From: Planctomycetota bacterium
GTDB lineage: Bacteria > Planctomycetota > GCA-002687715 > DRQF01
NCBI GenBank assembly: GCA_036479435.1
Contig: JAZGFI010000103.1
Coordinates: forward strand, 160,673-224,672
DNA length: 64,000 bases
Reading direction: 5' to 3'
The position numbers and the translations under genes were made by a program. The notes under the pieces were generated by a model. It did no database searches, was not told where the DNA came from, and worked only from the letters and a program-made list of their open reading frames with translations. Numbering within the stretch: position 1 is the stretch's first letter; every line of letters begins with the position of its first letter. Of this stretch, positions 28,801 through 39,552 are shown piece by piece.

Positions 28801-31469
28801 AAAGTCGCGGCCGCAACCGCATCTCCGGGCTGCGCCCGCATCGCCAACCGTCGCGCCAAGGCAATCTCGAGGGTTGCTCGCCTCGTTCCCGCCCCGGGTA
28901 GCGGCAACAGAGCATTCGCGATGAACGCCAAAGGGGCGTTGTTGCTCGGCGACAAGAGTGCAGCGCTAAGCCAAGCGGAAACAAATGAGCGATTCCGCAA
29001 AAGGGCTCTTTCTATCGGAGAGAGCTTGGCCACTGCCGTCGCGAGATCTAACTCAAAGGCTTCGACAGTCCGCACACTTGAGAGCGCGCCAAACAAGATC
29101 CTGCGGACCTCAATGGCTCCCGCCACATCTCTTTTGGCCAACACTCCACGCGCTCTTGCCAATTCCAACTGAAATAGCTCGTCAATGAGGAGCCTTCGAC
29201 CCGCGCCGTCATTGGCAAGATGCGCAGCGCTAGCCCACAGATTCGGTGCCTGCGATTCTCTTAGCGTTGGCTGCGGCCACATGCTGCTCCGAGCGCGCCG
29301 AAACTCCGCGCGCAGTCTTGCTTGTCCCTGGTCGCCGCAGAAAAGCTCGAGGCCCGACAATAATTCTCGCCGAATTTCGGCTCCTTCGAGTCCACTCGAC
29401 ACCGACTGCCAATGGGACAAAATCCGAAGCGCAAAACCTGCGCGCTGCGGCGGAGTCTGCTGCCGATACCCTAAGACCTCGACCAGGAAACTGCGGTTCC
29501 GAAGGTCACGAGTCAAGGCGAGATCCAAGAAAACGGAGTCATCAAACTTATGCCGCTGGATGAGATCTGCGAACACCATCCCCTCGTACAAAGGCCTGCG
29601 CCCAGCTCGAGGCTTTTGATCAATCAAAGACCTCGCTTCTGCTATTAGCGCCCTGCGTGCCGCCTCGTTCTCACCGCCGACGACGGCGAGATCGACGAGA
29701 TTTGAAAAATCGTCGACTTCATAACGCGTCGTCGCCAAGATGTCCGCCGCTAATCGCCCAAACTCGGGACTCGCCGCCCCCCCGGCTTGCGCGAGTTCCT
29801 CGGCTGGCCAGGCCCCAGCTTCCAAGATGCTGCGGGCGCGCGCCACCAGTCGTTTGTTCGTGACTTGGTGTTGAGCTACAGCAAGGTGGCGTGTCAACGC
29901 ATGTCGGATGTCATCGTCAAGACTCGAAGTCGCGAGTTCCTCGAGCTTGGCGAAATGCTCCGGTTTGGAACGAGCAAGAATACCGCTCAAGGCAGCACGG
30001 CGGATGCTCTGCCAGCGATGCGACAAAAAGGGGACGAAATCTTCGGGGCTGAGCCCACGGACCGAACGGGCGTCTCCCGCTAAAACGCCGCGGGCACGGC
30101 GCGGCGACTGTTGCCGCCAAGCCTGCAGACGTTTCAAAAGATCGAGTCGCGACCCAGATTTTGCCGACTGGAAAAGGAGCCACCAGGCCTTAACCGCGAT
30201 CTGATCGTCGCGGTCGTCAAGCGCCTGCCATAAGTCGTCCGCACTCAAGGCGCCCCGTAGCTGCAAACAGCGAAAAGCAGCGCGCCGGGGGCGACTGGTT
30301 TTTCGTCCGGTATCGAGCCAAAGGGCGCGCAAACCCTCGAGCAAGGCAGCACCGCTACTCACTGAGCTCAGCTCTCTCACGACTTGCACCATGGGGTCGC
30401 GCCGTGACTTTATTGCCAGCAACAGGGCGCGCCGAAAAGCTGCCTTGGGCCAGGGTCGAGACTTCGAAGCCAGCGCGGTTTGCATCAAACGCCGGTCGAT
30501 GGGGCTGGAAAGTTTCGCAATGAAAAGGCCATCGAGATCATCCGATTTTTCGAGAGCGTCTAGCAGCCCGAATTCAACCTCCTTAGCGACAGATGACCGG
30601 GCGGCTCGCTCAAAATAAAGGTCCCAAAGTCGCCGCGTGCGCTCTTTGCTAGCGGATTGCGGCAAGACTTCCAAAACGTCCCAAAGTTCGGGCAGAAAAT
30701 GGCTCGTGGCCCGTTCACCGAGCTCAAACTTGGTCTTGTGAGCGGCCCTGATGACGCGAGCGGTGACTGAGGTTCGAAGGGCGCCCGTCAGTTTCGAATC
30801 GTGCAGGGAACGCAGCAAGCGCTTTGCGACGGCCGGCGTCTCCTCGGCGAGTTCGAGCCGGATTCTCACCCAGGCTTCCCGAACCCGCGGCGAATTGTCC
30901 TCAGCGGCATCGAGCGCTTTGAACCAAGCCGGTGAATCTCCAAGGAATTCTCGCCCGTCCGGCGCAGCGTATATCAGCTCCAATCCTGCGAGGCGCACCC
31001 CCCATATCGGGTCCTCAAGAGCGCGCCGCAGCAAGTTCATGGTCGCGGTACATGATTCTCCGCGGCGTGACAAGAGCGCTCGTCGGCGAACAACCCACAC
31101 GGGATCTTGGCTGAGATGGTGGTGGTTCTCGAGGTCGGCGGCAGCGGCGAGACCGCGAAAAGTCGCGAGCAGAAGCGCGTTTTCGCGTAGTCGCCAGTTC
31201 GTTGATCGCCCCAGCTCATTTTGGAGATCCCCGGCGTGGCGGCTCGGTGCCAAGACGCGCGCGCTCATCCATCTAGATTCGGCGCTACAGCGCGGATCTT
31301 TCAAACGCCGGATAGCGATTGCAAGGTCGTTAACGGCAAGATCTTGGGTGGCGACTTTTTGCGCCGTGAATCCCTCAGCCTGAGCCGCCGCCAACGCGGA
31401 CAGACCCCAAGTAAAGCACAGCCAACAAAGAGCTGCAAACTTCAGCTGGCACCAACACCGCTGCTTCAT
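28797..31469 (-). CDS. Exported HEAT-repeat protein
   Basis: Signal-like N-terminus; repeats QDPVWVVRRRA, EDPIWGVRLAG, EDNSPRVREA, DDRDDQIAVKA. Confidence 0.7.
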   Translation of the reverse strand: MKQRCWCQLKFAALCWLCFTWGLSALAAAQAEGFTAQKVATQDLAVNDLAIAIRRLKDPRCSAESRWMSARVLAPSRHAGDLQNELGRSTNWRLRENALLLATFRGLAAAADLENHHHLSQDPVWVVRRRALLSRRGESCTATMNLLRRALEDPIWGVRLAGLELIYAAPDGREFLGDSPAWFKALDAAEDNSPRVREAWVRIRLELAEETPAVAKRLLRSLHDSKLTGALRTSVTARVIRAAHKTKFELGERATSHFLPELWDVLEVLPQSASKERTRRLWDLYFERAARSSVAKEVEFGLLDALEKSDDLDGLFIAKLSSPIDRRLMQTALASKSRPWPKAAFRRALLLAIKSRRDPMVQVVRELSSVSSGAALLEGLRALWLDTGRKTSRPRRAAFRCLQLRGALSADDLWQALDDRDDQIAVKAWWLLFQSAKSGSRLDLLKRLQAWRQQSPRRARGVLAGDARSVRGLSPEDFVPFLSHRWQSIRRAALSGILARSKPEHFAKLEELATSSLDDDIRHALTRHLAVAQHQVTNKRLVARARSILEAGAWPAEELAQAGGAASPEFGRLAADILATTRYEVDDFSNLVDLAVVGGENEAARRALIAEARSLIDQKPRAGRRPLYEGMVFADLIQRHKFDDSVFLDLALTRDLRNRSFLVEVLGYRQQTPPQRAGFALRILSHWQSVSSGLEGAEIRRELLSGLELFCGDQGQARLRAEFRRARSSMWPQPTLRESQAPNLWASAAHLANDGAGRRLLIDELFQLELARARGVLAKRDVAGAIEVRRILFGALSSVRTVEAFELDLATAVAKLSPIERALLRNRSFVSAWLSAALLSPSNNAPLAFIANALLPLPGAGTRRATLEIALARRLAMRAQPGDAVAAATF

Positions 31470-31517
31470 GTTTCCAACTTCGCGAACACCATCATGTTTC
31501 TAACTTCGCGAACACCA
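31466..31517. repeat. 26-bp tandem duplication at the nnrD/HEAT gene junction
   Basis: tcatgtttccaacttcgcgaacacca twice, one mismatch. Confidence 0.9.
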
Positions 31518-32382
31518 TCGCGAGGCGCGACGAAAGATCTGTGGCTACCAGTCCGCTGCGGCCACGAGACCTTGCCCATTGATCCGCGGCCAAACCATGG
31601 ATGTGGACCCCCAATCGAGCTGCGTCGAAAGCACTGAGGGGCCGCGCCAGCAAGGCCCCAATGCAGCCCGACAGCACGTCACCGGTACCCGCCGTCGCCA
31701 AACCATCATTTCCAGTTTCGTTGCGCACAATGCGTTCACCGACCGCGATCAAGGTGCGGTGAGATTTGAGGACCACCACGCAGCGAGTTATTGCCGACAA
31801 GCTTACAGCGGCCTCACGAGGATTGCGGCGGATGCTTTGGGTGTCGATTCCCAACAGATGGGCCGCCTCTCCAAGATGTGGCGTCAAGACCAAGGCAGAG
31901 CGCCGGTCGTGTTGAATCACTCCCAGTCCATCGGCTGAAAAGGCGCGAAGGGCCGACGCATCCAGCAAGGCCGGTCCGTCAAAACTCAAAAGACAACGAG
32001 TCAATAGCTCACGGAGGCTCTCGATATCGCTCGTACCCAATCCCGGCCCGGCCACGAAAACATCGCTTTCCGCCATCAGGGCCCGCAGTTGCCTCAGTGC
32101 CGTGAAGGCGACTTCGCCCTCGTGGTTTTCTGGCAGTGAGCGGAGAATGAGGTGCGGGGCCTTACCGCGCAGCGCCGATGCCGCCGTGGCCGGGACGGCG
32201 AGAGTCACCAGACCAGCCCCGCTTCGAGCCGCGCTTTTTCCGCACAAGATTGCGGCACCGGCGTAGGCACTTGATCCAGCCAGCAGCAAGATCCGGCCAA
32301 AATCAGCTTTGTGGCCCTCCCTGGCTCGCTCGGGGAGCTTCGCCAGAGGCTCGTCGGGGAAAGGCTCGGTTCGCGTGGGCAA
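31492..32382 (-). CDS. nnrD: ADP-dependent NAD(P)H-hydrate dehydratase
   Basis: HKADFG, AGS...GAAIL, SGAGLV, GPGLG, LTPH, LATAGTGDVLSG; TTG start after AAGGAG. Confidence 0.9.
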   Translation of the reverse strand: MPTRTEPFPDEPLAKLPERAREGHKADFGRILLLAGSSAYAGAAILCGKSAARSGAGLVTLAVPATAASALRGKAPHLILRSLPENHEGEVAFTALRQLRALMAESDVFVAGPGLGTSDIESLRELLTRCLLSFDGPALLDASALRAFSADGLGVIQHDRRSALVLTPHLGEAAHLLGIDTQSIRRNPREAAVSLSAITRCVVVLKSHRTLIAVGERIVRNETGNDGLATAGTGDVLSGCIGALLARPLSAFDAARLGVHIHGLAADQWARSRGRSGLVATDLSSRLAMVFAKLET

Positions 32383-32444
32383 GAGGTTCGATCTCCTTAG
32401 TCTCGAACATCTTAACGTCACCCGCCACGGTCCGTTACCACCTC

Positions 32445-32472
32445 TTGCGATGGTGAGACGCCCGGATACAAT
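32445..32472 (+). promoter_or_regulatory. Sigma-70-like promoter of the tRNA-Ser pair
   Basis: TTGCGA-N16-TACAAT upstream of the first tRNA. Confidence 0.5.
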
Positions 32473-32518
32473 CCCCGCGGACCGAAACCCTGAATTGGGC
32501 TCGGTTTCAGGCCTCCCA

Positions 32519-32603
32519 GGAGGGTTGGCAGAGTGGTCGAATGCGGCGGTTTTGAAAACCGTTGTCGCGCAAGCGACCGGGGGTTCGAATCCCTCACCCT
32601 CCG
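32519..32603 (+). tRNA. tRNA-Ser(TGA)
   Basis: GGAGGGT/ACCCTCC acceptor stem, anticodon loop TTTGAAA, long variable arm, GGTTCGAATCC; CCA not encoded. Confidence 0.95.
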
Positions 32604-32745
32604 CTAACTGCGGGTTCGAGCCCCTCGGAGCGGAAATCTGCAGACATCGCCATTTGGGAAACGCTCTTTGCGGGTCACTTGGCGACCAAAAACTTAATCT
32701 CGGCTTCGAGTTGACTTCGAGTCGATGTCGAGAACGAATAGACCA

Positions 32746-32832
32746 GGAGAGGTGGCAGAGTGGTCGAATGCGCATGATTGCTAATCATGTGACCGTGAAA
32801 GCGGTCCCCGGGTTCGAATCCCGGTCTCTCCG
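32746..32832 (+). tRNA. tRNA-Ser(GCT)
   Basis: GGAGAGG/TCTCTCC acceptor stem, loop TTGCTAA, long variable arm, GGTTCGAATCC. Confidence 0.95.
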
Positions 32833-32836
32833 CTCA

Positions 32837-32873
32837 ACCATTTCTTGACACCCGTCAAGGGATGGTTTTTTTT
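32837..32873 (+). terminator. Intrinsic terminator after the tRNAs
   Basis: accatttcttgac...gtcaagggatggt followed by a T-run. Confidence 0.8.
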
Positions 32874-33007
32874 GTTCGCACGGCTTCAGATTGTCATCGG
32901 AGAGTGTTCTTGAGATCCTGCTGGCGCCGTCAGAAAGTCAGTTACCGGTCGCTCAACGCGGATGGTTCTCGGCCGAATAGACCTCGCCGACTCCCGCAGA
33001 GGTTAGA

Positions 33008-33556
33008 GTGAACACCATGCGAGCATTCGTCACCATCTTGGCGGCCGCGCTTTTTTGCGGCGGTTGCGCCCAGCGCATCCTCCGCATTGAGACCGAGCCC
33101 AGCGGCGCGCTAGTCTTCATGGACAACCGCGAGATTGGCCGCACGCCAATCGAAATGCCCTTCGTCTACGGAGGGGTTCGCGAGTTCCTTATCCTAAAAG
33201 ACGAACGTGGCCCCGGACCCGACCAAGGTCCGATGAAGCCCCTGATCGTAAGGCAGGAGGTCGAGAACTTTTACTTCGATACTTTTCCCTTCGACCTGTT
33301 CGTCGAACTGTCGCCCGTCGCCATCACGGATGTCCACGAGTTTCATTTCGTTCTAGAACCCTCCGACACCTTGGCGTCCTACGAAGTCGATCCCGACGCC
33401 TACTCTGACGCGCTAAAGGACCGAGCTTTGGAAATGAGCGCCCGCGCCCGGGAGGCCCTCGAAGAGGGCTTCCCCGGTTCGCTGCCGCGCCAAGAAAACA
33501 AAGACAGCAAAGAACCAGCGACGGACGAAGAGACCTCCGCAACTAGCAAACCCTGA
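33008..33556 (+). CDS. PEGA-domain lipoprotein
   Basis: Lipobox CGGC, IETEPSGALVFMDNREIGRTP. Confidence 0.8.
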   Translation: MNTMRAFVTILAAALFCGGCAQRILRIETEPSGALVFMDNREIGRTPIEMPFVYGGVREFLILKDERGPGPDQGPMKPLIVRQEVENFYFDTFPFDLFVELSPVAITDVHEFHFVLEPSDTLASYEVDPDAYSDALKDRALEMSARAREALEEGFPGSLPRQENKDSKEPATDEETSATSKP

Positions 33557-34863
33557 TGCGCGTCACCGTTATGGGTCTCGGCCGATTTGGCGGCGGCCTC
33601 GGTGCCGCGCGCTATTTTTTGGATCGCGGCCATGACGTCACGGTGACCGATCTAGCCCCCGCCACCGAATTCGCCAAAGAGCTGAACTTGCTGCGTGACC
33701 TCGGCCGCTTTCGCGAGGTGTTCGGGGAGCATTGCGCAAGCGACTTTCGATTGGTCGATCTGGTGGTGGCCAGTCCGGCGGTACCCTGGGATCACGTCTT
33801 GCTGACCAAGGCTCGCAAGAGCGGCATCCAAGTGACGACTGAGCTCGAACGATTCCTTGAATTGTGCCCCGCCAAAGTCCTCGCGGTGACCGGCTCAAAT
33901 GGAAAGACCACGACCTGCCATCTTGCGCTTCAACTCCTACGTACCGCCGGCTTGTCAGTTCGCACGGTCGGCAACATGGGCAAGTCCTTGCTACCTGAAG
34001 TCGAAACGCTCTCTCCAAAAGACTGGGTTGTGGCCGAGATCTCGAGTTTTCAACTCGAAGTGATGCGAAGCAACGCACACCGCCGTGCCAAAAACTTAAT
34101 CGAAGCTGCCCTCATTACCCCCATCACTCCAAACCATCTGGATCGCCACGAGACCTTTGAAAACTACCGCACGATCAAGGCGTCTTTGATGTCCGAGCTG
34201 GCGCCGCAGGGAAGAGTGATTTTTGATGGGGGTGGATCATCCGGGGAGTTCTTAAACCAAAGCGCTGCGGCCCTGGGCCTTTCGCATTCCGACGTTGGCA
34301 TGGCGGCAGCTCGGCCTTGGCACCTTGGACTCGGCAACAAGATTCACGCCTACAATCTGGGTCAAGCTTTGGCTTTGGCCCAATGCGCGGATGCCAGCAT
34401 CGGACCCGAACAGGGACAATTAGTCGCAGACGCTTTCCGCGGACTGCCCCACCGCTTAGAAGACCTTGGCGAATTCTCGGGCCTTCGTTTCGTCAACGAT
34501 TCAAAGTCGACGACCCCAGAGGCAACGGCTGCCGCGCTATCGGCCTTTCGCGGCCCCGTCGCCCTCATCGCCGGTGGCTACGACAAAGGGTTAGACCCAG
34601 GCCCGCTGCTCAAAGCTGCGGTTTTGGCCCAGCGCGTGGACCTGATCGGGCAGACTGGCCCCAAGCTTGCTCGCGCCCTGGAGTCTTTAGGAGTGCCCTT
34701 GGGCCTCCACGACTCGCTTCAGGGCGCCTTTGCTGGGGCCTTGGCGGCGGCAAGCCGTCCGGGTGTGCTTTTGCTCTCCCCCGGGCATGCCAGTTACGGT
34801 ATGTGGCGCGACTATCGTGCGCGCGGGGACGAGTTTCGACGATTGCTTCAAGCACTCCTTTGA
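33556..34863 (+). CDS. murD: UDP-MurNAc-L-Ala--D-Glu ligase
   Basis: VMGLGRFGGG, AVTGSNGKTTT, EISSFQL, NHLDRH, LPHRLE, NDSKST, LLSPG. Confidence 0.93.
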   Translation: MRVTVMGLGRFGGGLGAARYFLDRGHDVTVTDLAPATEFAKELNLLRDLGRFREVFGEHCASDFRLVDLVVASPAVPWDHVLLTKARKSGIQVTTELERFLELCPAKVLAVTGSNGKTTTCHLALQLLRTAGLSVRTVGNMGKSLLPEVETLSPKDWVVAEISSFQLEVMRSNAHRRAKNLIEAALITPITPNHLDRHETFENYRTIKASLMSELAPQGRVIFDGGGSSGEFLNQSAAALGLSHSDVGMAAARPWHLGLGNKIHAYNLGQALALAQCADASIGPEQGQLVADAFRGLPHRLEDLGEFSGLRFVNDSKSTTPEATAAALSAFRGPVALIAGGYDKGLDPGPLLKAAVLAQRVDLIGQTGPKLARALESLGVPLGLHDSLQGAFAGALAAASRPGVLLLSPGHASYGMWRDYRARGDEFRRLLQALL

Positions 34864-34918
34864 CTAAAACGCCCCGAGTTTGTCTACTAATGCGAGGGAA
34901 TGAGAAACCCCTGGGGGA

Positions 34919-35482
34919 ATGAGCGTGCTCTGCGAACGCTGCTCGACTGAAAAAGCGACGGTCATTGCGACCTGCATCTACAACGGCGAAACGACAAAGC
35001 GGTCGCTTTGCCAAGCTTGCTATGACGATGAGGGTCTGGCTCTGCCCATCGCGGAAGCCATTGTCTCGGAGTTCAAGCCGCTCGAGCCCATCGCAAAAAT
35101 CGAACTCAAGCTCGTCAAGAGCGCCATCGACATGGTCGTCGGCGACGGGGAAGACGAAACCGACGCGAGCCTTGACCGAGTCTGTCCGCAATGTGGGATG
35201 ACCCTCGCCGAGTTTAAGACCAGACGAGTCGTCGGCTGCGCCCATGACTACGAGGTCTTTGCCGACGAACTCAGAGATTTGTTGCTTCGCTTACACGGCG
35301 GGCGCGAACACCGCGGTAAGGTTCCGCTTGATATCGAAATGCAACGCATTCGAGAACATCGCGTCCAACAGTTGGCGGGCGAACTCGAGCGCGCCATCGA
35401 TTCAGAACACTATGAAGAAGCGGCGCGTTTGCGCGACAGAATCCAAGCCCTCAAGCAAGCGAGCGTGGACGGTGATTCCTGA
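34919..35482 (+). CDS. mcsA: McsA-like protein (CxxC motifs, UVR domain)
   Basis: CERC, CQAC, CPQCGMT, H-x-GKVP, AIDSEHYEEAARLRD. Confidence 0.88.
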   Translation: MSVLCERCSTEKATVIATCIYNGETTKRSLCQACYDDEGLALPIAEAIVSEFKPLEPIAKIELKLVKSAIDMVVGDGEDETDASLDRVCPQCGMTLAEFKTRRVVGCAHDYEVFADELRDLLLRLHGGREHRGKVPLDIEMQRIREHRVQQLAGELERAIDSEHYEEAARLRDRIQALKQASVDGDS

Positions 35483-36527
35483 GGAAGACTGGATTTCTAG
35501 ACCTTGCGACTGGCTTCGTTCGGGAGAGCAAGACGGCGATGTCGTCGTTTCGACTCGAGTCCGACTCGCGCGCAACCTGCGCGGCTACCCCATGCCCTGG
35601 CGCATGACGAAAGACGAGCGCATCGAAGTCGAGAGTCTCATTTCGGAACAACTTAACCACGCCAATGTCGGCGAAGAACTCCAGCGAATCAGACTCGACG
35701 AGGTGGGCGAGATCCAACGCCATTTGCTCGTGGAGCGACACCTCATCAGCCGCGAACTTGCCGAAGGAGACGGGCGACGGGGAGCCTACCTCGGTCACGC
35801 AGAGCGACTCGCGATCATGACGATCGAAGAGGACCACCTTCGCCTGCAGTCCCTTCGCGCGGGTTTTCAAGTCGAGGATGCTTGGCAACAGCTCAATACC
35901 ATTGACAGCAAACTAGAAAAGCACCTTCCCTATGCCGTCTCGGAAGAGCTCGGATACCTCACGTCCTGCCCGACCAACGTTGGCACCGGCATGCGGGTAT
36001 CCGTCATGCTTCACCTCCCCACGCTAGCTCAGACCAAACAAATCGACAAAGTCGCGAATGCCGCCGCAAAAGTCGGTCTTGTCCTGCGCGGTTATCGCGG
36101 CGAGGGTTCTGAGGCAATTGGAGACCTCCACCAGGTGTCTAACCAAGTGACGCTGGGCCGATCCGAGGAAGATATTCGCGACGATCTAGAGCGCATGGTC
36201 ACCAAGATCGTCGAGTGGGAACGCGGCCTACGGCGCCTGTTGCTGCAGCAAAGCCGCAATGAGATGGAGGATCGGATCTGGCGGGCCTTCGGGATTCTTC
36301 GCTTTGCGCGCCGAATCAACACCGAAGAGGCCTTGACCCAGCTTTCGACCCTGAGACTGGGCGTGCACCTCGATATTTTATCTTCGGTGGATCTACAAAC
36401 ACTCAATGAGCTGTTTTTGTTGACCCAACCCGCTCACCTCCAAAGCCTGCTGGGCTGCGATCTGGATGCAGATGAGCGGGATCAGCACCGCGCCACCTAT
36501 ATCCGGGACCGACTCGCGCGCCAATAA
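35472..36527 (+). CDS. mcsB: Protein arginine kinase
   Basis: STRVRLARN, LVERHLIS, EEDHLRLQ, CPTNVGTGMR, QVSNQVTLG; GTG start overlapping the mcsA end. Confidence 0.93.
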   Translation: MIPEEDWISRPCDWLRSGEQDGDVVVSTRVRLARNLRGYPMPWRMTKDERIEVESLISEQLNHANVGEELQRIRLDEVGEIQRHLLVERHLISRELAEGDGRRGAYLGHAERLAIMTIEEDHLRLQSLRAGFQVEDAWQQLNTIDSKLEKHLPYAVSEELGYLTSCPTNVGTGMRVSVMLHLPTLAQTKQIDKVANAAAKVGLVLRGYRGEGSEAIGDLHQVSNQVTLGRSEEDIRDDLERMVTKIVEWERGLRRLLLQQSRNEMEDRIWRAFGILRFARRINTEEALTQLSTLRLGVHLDILSSVDLQTLNELFLLTQPAHLQSLLGCDLDADERDQHRATYIRDRLARQ

Positions 36528-36902
36528 AAAGGCGGCAGCGGTCCTTTGGTGAGCCAGCAGCGACACTTATGATCCTCTTGTGGTTTTGCGGGAGCAATCG
36601 AGCCGTTCTTGCGGTCTTTTCCTCCCAGGAGGCGAGAAATGACCAAATTGGGGTCAACTCTCTCCTCTCGCACGACGAAAACCTAGATGATGGGCACTTT
36701 CTCCGTACCAAACGAGGCTGCGGAGCGGCTTGCCCGGTCGTGCTGACGATCGCGGGTTCTGGTGCCATGACCGGCATCAGGGGCTTTGATCGAGCCATTG
36801 ATTGAAAAAAAGGGGCTCCCGCCGCCCCGTATGTAGGCGGGAAAATCCCGCCGCCCCCGCCCCATAAACAGGCGGGGAAGATCGCCATCGAGGGAGGCAA
36901 TC

Positions 36903-39380
36903 ATGTTTGATCGGTTCACAGACCGGGCCCGTAAAGTCATGGGACTTGCACGCCAAGAGGCCCAGCGTCTTAATCACGAATACATCGGCACCGAGCACAT
37001 CCTCTTGGGCCTAGTCCAAGAAGGTAGTGGAGTCGCGGCCAATGTTCTAAAAAACCTCGACGTCGACCTGAAGAAGGTTCGGCAAGAGGTCGAGAAACTC
37101 GTGAAAACGGGGCCCTCGATGGTGACCATGGGACAGCTTCCCTTCACGCCGCGGGCGAAGAAGGTCTTAGAGCTTGCGCTCGAAGAAGCCAGTAACCTGG
37201 GCCATAACTACATCGGCACCGAACACATCCTCTTGGGCCTTATCAAGGAACAAGACGGCAAGGCCGCCAAGGTCTTGACCAATCTGAACGTCCAGCTCGA
37301 TACTGTCCGCAGCGAGATTCTCGACTTTCTTGGCGCAGAGTTGCCGCAGGGTGAAGCCGAAAAGGAAGCGGCCAGCACTTCGAAGAGCAAAACTCCCGCC
37401 CTGGATTCTTTTGGCCGCGACCTCACCGACCTCGCCCGCGAGGGAAAACTCGATCCGGTCATTGGCCGCGAAAAAGAGATCGAGCGCGTCATCCAGATCC
37501 TTTCCCGTCGAAGCAAGAACAACCCCGTGCTCCTCGGTGAAGCCGGCGTCGGCAAGACCGCCATTGTCGAGGGCTTGGCGCAAGACGTGGTCAAAGGCAA
37601 TGTGCCCGAGTTGCTGGTCGATAAACGCATCGTCGTGCTCGACCTTGCGATGATGGTCGCAGGCACCAAATACCGCGGCCAGTTCGAAGAACGCATCAAG
37701 GCCGTCATGACCGAAGTGCGCCGCGTCAAGAACGTCGTATTGTTCATTGACGAGCTTCACACTCTCGTCGGCGCCGGGGGCGCAGAAGGTGCTATCGATG
37801 CTTCGAACGTGCTAAAGCCAGCACTGTCGCGCGGCGAGGTGCAGTGCATTGGCGCGACGACCTTAGACGAATACCGCAAGTACATCGAAAAAGACGGCGC
37901 CCTCGCCCGTCGCTTCCAGATGATCTTGGTCGAACCGCCTACCCGCAATCAGGCGGTCCAGATCATGCACGGCTTACGAGATCGCTACGAAGCCCACCAC
38001 CGCGTGCGCTACAGCGACGACGCCTTGGAGTTGGCCGTTGACTTCTCGATTCGCTACATCAACGATCGCTATCTGCCGGACAAGGCGATTGACATCATCG
38101 ACGAAGCTGGTGCCCGTGTGCACCTCAAGCAGATGACTCAGCCGCCGGATCTTCGCGATCTCGAAAAAGAAATCGCTCGCCTCGACAAAGAGAAAGAGGA
38201 AGCGGTCGCGAACCAGGACTTCGAACGGGCAGCTCAGTTGCGCGATGAGGCCTACAAACTTCGCAAGAAAAAAGAACAAGTCGTTAGCGAATGGAAAACT
38301 GAACGTCGCGATGGCGATGCCGAAGTCACGGCAGAAATCATCGCGGAGACCGTCTCTAAGATGACGGGCATCCCGCTCACCCGCCTCGAAGAAGCCGAGG
38401 CCGCACGCCTGCTACAAATGGAGGACGAGCTGCACAAAACCGTTGTCAGCCAACACGATGCCATCCATGCGATTGCCAAGGCTGTCCGCCGTTCGCGCAG
38501 TGGGCTCAAGGACCCGCGGCGCCCGATGGGTTCCTTCATCTTCCTTGGCCCGACCGGGGTCGGTAAGACTCACCTTGCGAAGCAGCTCGCCAAATTCATG
38601 TTTGGTACTGAAGACGCTTTGATTCAGATTGACATGTCGGAGTACATGGAGAACTTCAACGCTTCGAAATTGATCGGAGCTCCTCCAGGCTACGTCGGCT
38701 ACGAAGAAGGCGGCCAACTCACCGAGAAGGTTCGCCGTCGCCCCTACTCCGTGGTCTTGCTGGATGAAATCGAAAAGGCGCATCCCGACGTTTTCAACAT
38801 GCTCCTCCAGATCATGGAAGAAGGCCGCCTCACCGACTCCTTCGGTCGCCACATTGACTTCAAAAACACGATCTTGATCATGACCTCGAACATCGGGGCT
38901 GACGTGATGAAGAATCAAAGTTCCCTGGCCTTCCAAACTGGCGACATCGAAGAACAAAATGAGCGCACCAAACTGCGGCTGAAAGGTGAACTAGATCGCC
39001 ACTTCCGCCCCGAGTTCCTGAACCGCCTCGACGAGTTGGTGTTCTTCCAGTATCTGACCAAAGAAGACGTGAAGTTTATCATCGACATCGAAATGCGTGA
39101 CGTTTACGAACGCATCGAGGCCAAGGGAATGACCTTGACCTTAGGCGAAGGTTCCCGAGAGATGCTCTTGGACAAGGGCTACGACCGGGAGTTTGGAGCG
39201 CGACCAATGCGGCGCGCCATCGAACGCTACGTCGAAGACCCCCTGGCCGAACAGATTCTACGCGGTAACTTGAAACCGGGCTGTTCCATCATGGTGACAC
39301 CCGGGCCAAAGGGCGATCTCGTCTTCGATATCAAGCCCGCGGAGTCCGAATCCGAATCCGAGACCCAGCCCGCGGGCTGA
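36903..39380 (+). CDS. clpC: ATP-dependent Clp protease ATPase ClpC
   Basis: Two Clp-N repeats, [11 protein letters not shown] motif, [24 protein letters not shown]. Confidence 0.96.
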   Translation: MFDRFTDRARKVMGLARQEAQRLNHEYIGTEHILLGLVQEGSGVAANVLKNLDVDLKKVRQEVEKLVKTGPSMVTMGQLPFTPRAKKVLELALEEASNLGHNYIGTEHILLGLIKEQDGKAAKVLTNLNVQLDTVRSEILDFLGAELPQGEAEKEAASTSKSKTPALDSFGRDLTDLAREGKLDPVIGREKEIERVIQILSRRSKNNPVLLGEAGVGKTAIVEGLAQDVVKGNVPELLVDKRIVVLDLAMMVAGTKYRGQFEERIKAVMTEVRRVKNVVLFIDELHTLVGAGGAEGAIDASNVLKPALSRGEVQCIGATTLDEYRKYIEKDGALARRFQMILVEPPTRNQAVQIMHGLRDRYEAHHRVRYSDDALELAVDFSIRYINDRYLPDKAIDIIDEAGARVHLKQMTQPPDLRDLEKEIARLDKEKEEAVANQDFERAAQLRDEAYKLRKKKEQVVSEWKTERRDGDAEVTAEIIAETVSKMTGIPLTRLEEAEAARLLQMEDELHKTVVSQHDAIHAIAKAVRRSRSGLKDPRRPMGSFIFLGPTGVGKTHLAKQLAKFMFGTEDALIQIDMSEYMENFNASKLIGAPPGYVGYEEGGQLTEKVRRRPYSVVLLDEIEKAHPDVFNMLLQIMEEGRLTDSFGRHIDFKNTILIMTSNIGADVMKNQSSLAFQTGDIEEQNERTKLRLKGELDRHFRPEFLNRLDELVFFQYLTKEDVKFIIDIEMRDVYERIEAKGMTLTLGEGSREMLLDKGYDREFGARPMRRAIERYVEDPLAEQILRGNLKPGCSIMVTPGPKGDLVFDIKPAESESESETQPAG

Positions 39381-39415
39381 ACGGCTCGGCCAGTACCGGC
39401 TCAAGATCCTCAATG

Positions 39416-39458
39416 ACTCGTAGCTCAGGCTCATCCGCCAGTGCTACGAGTTTTTTTT
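39416..39458 (+). terminator. Intrinsic terminator after clpC
   Basis: actcgtagc...gctacgagt followed by a T-run. Confidence 0.7.
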
Positions 39459-39552
39459 GATCATTCTGCCGCTTTGAACCCTTCGTCTTTCGGGCCCGTT
39501 GAGACAAGATAGTGTCGGTCCCGCCAATAGCTCGAGAAGTAAAAGCTAAATC

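Noticed and set aside
32608..32622. T-arm-like gcgggttcgagcccc after tRNA-Ser as an att-site remnant
   Set aside because: Too short, with no matching tRNA 3' duplication or integrase nearby.
32383..32848. N-terminal extension of nnrD (ORF 31492..32775) and ORF 32309..32848
   Set aside because: They overlap the tRNA genes; the nnrD start with an RBS is at 32382.
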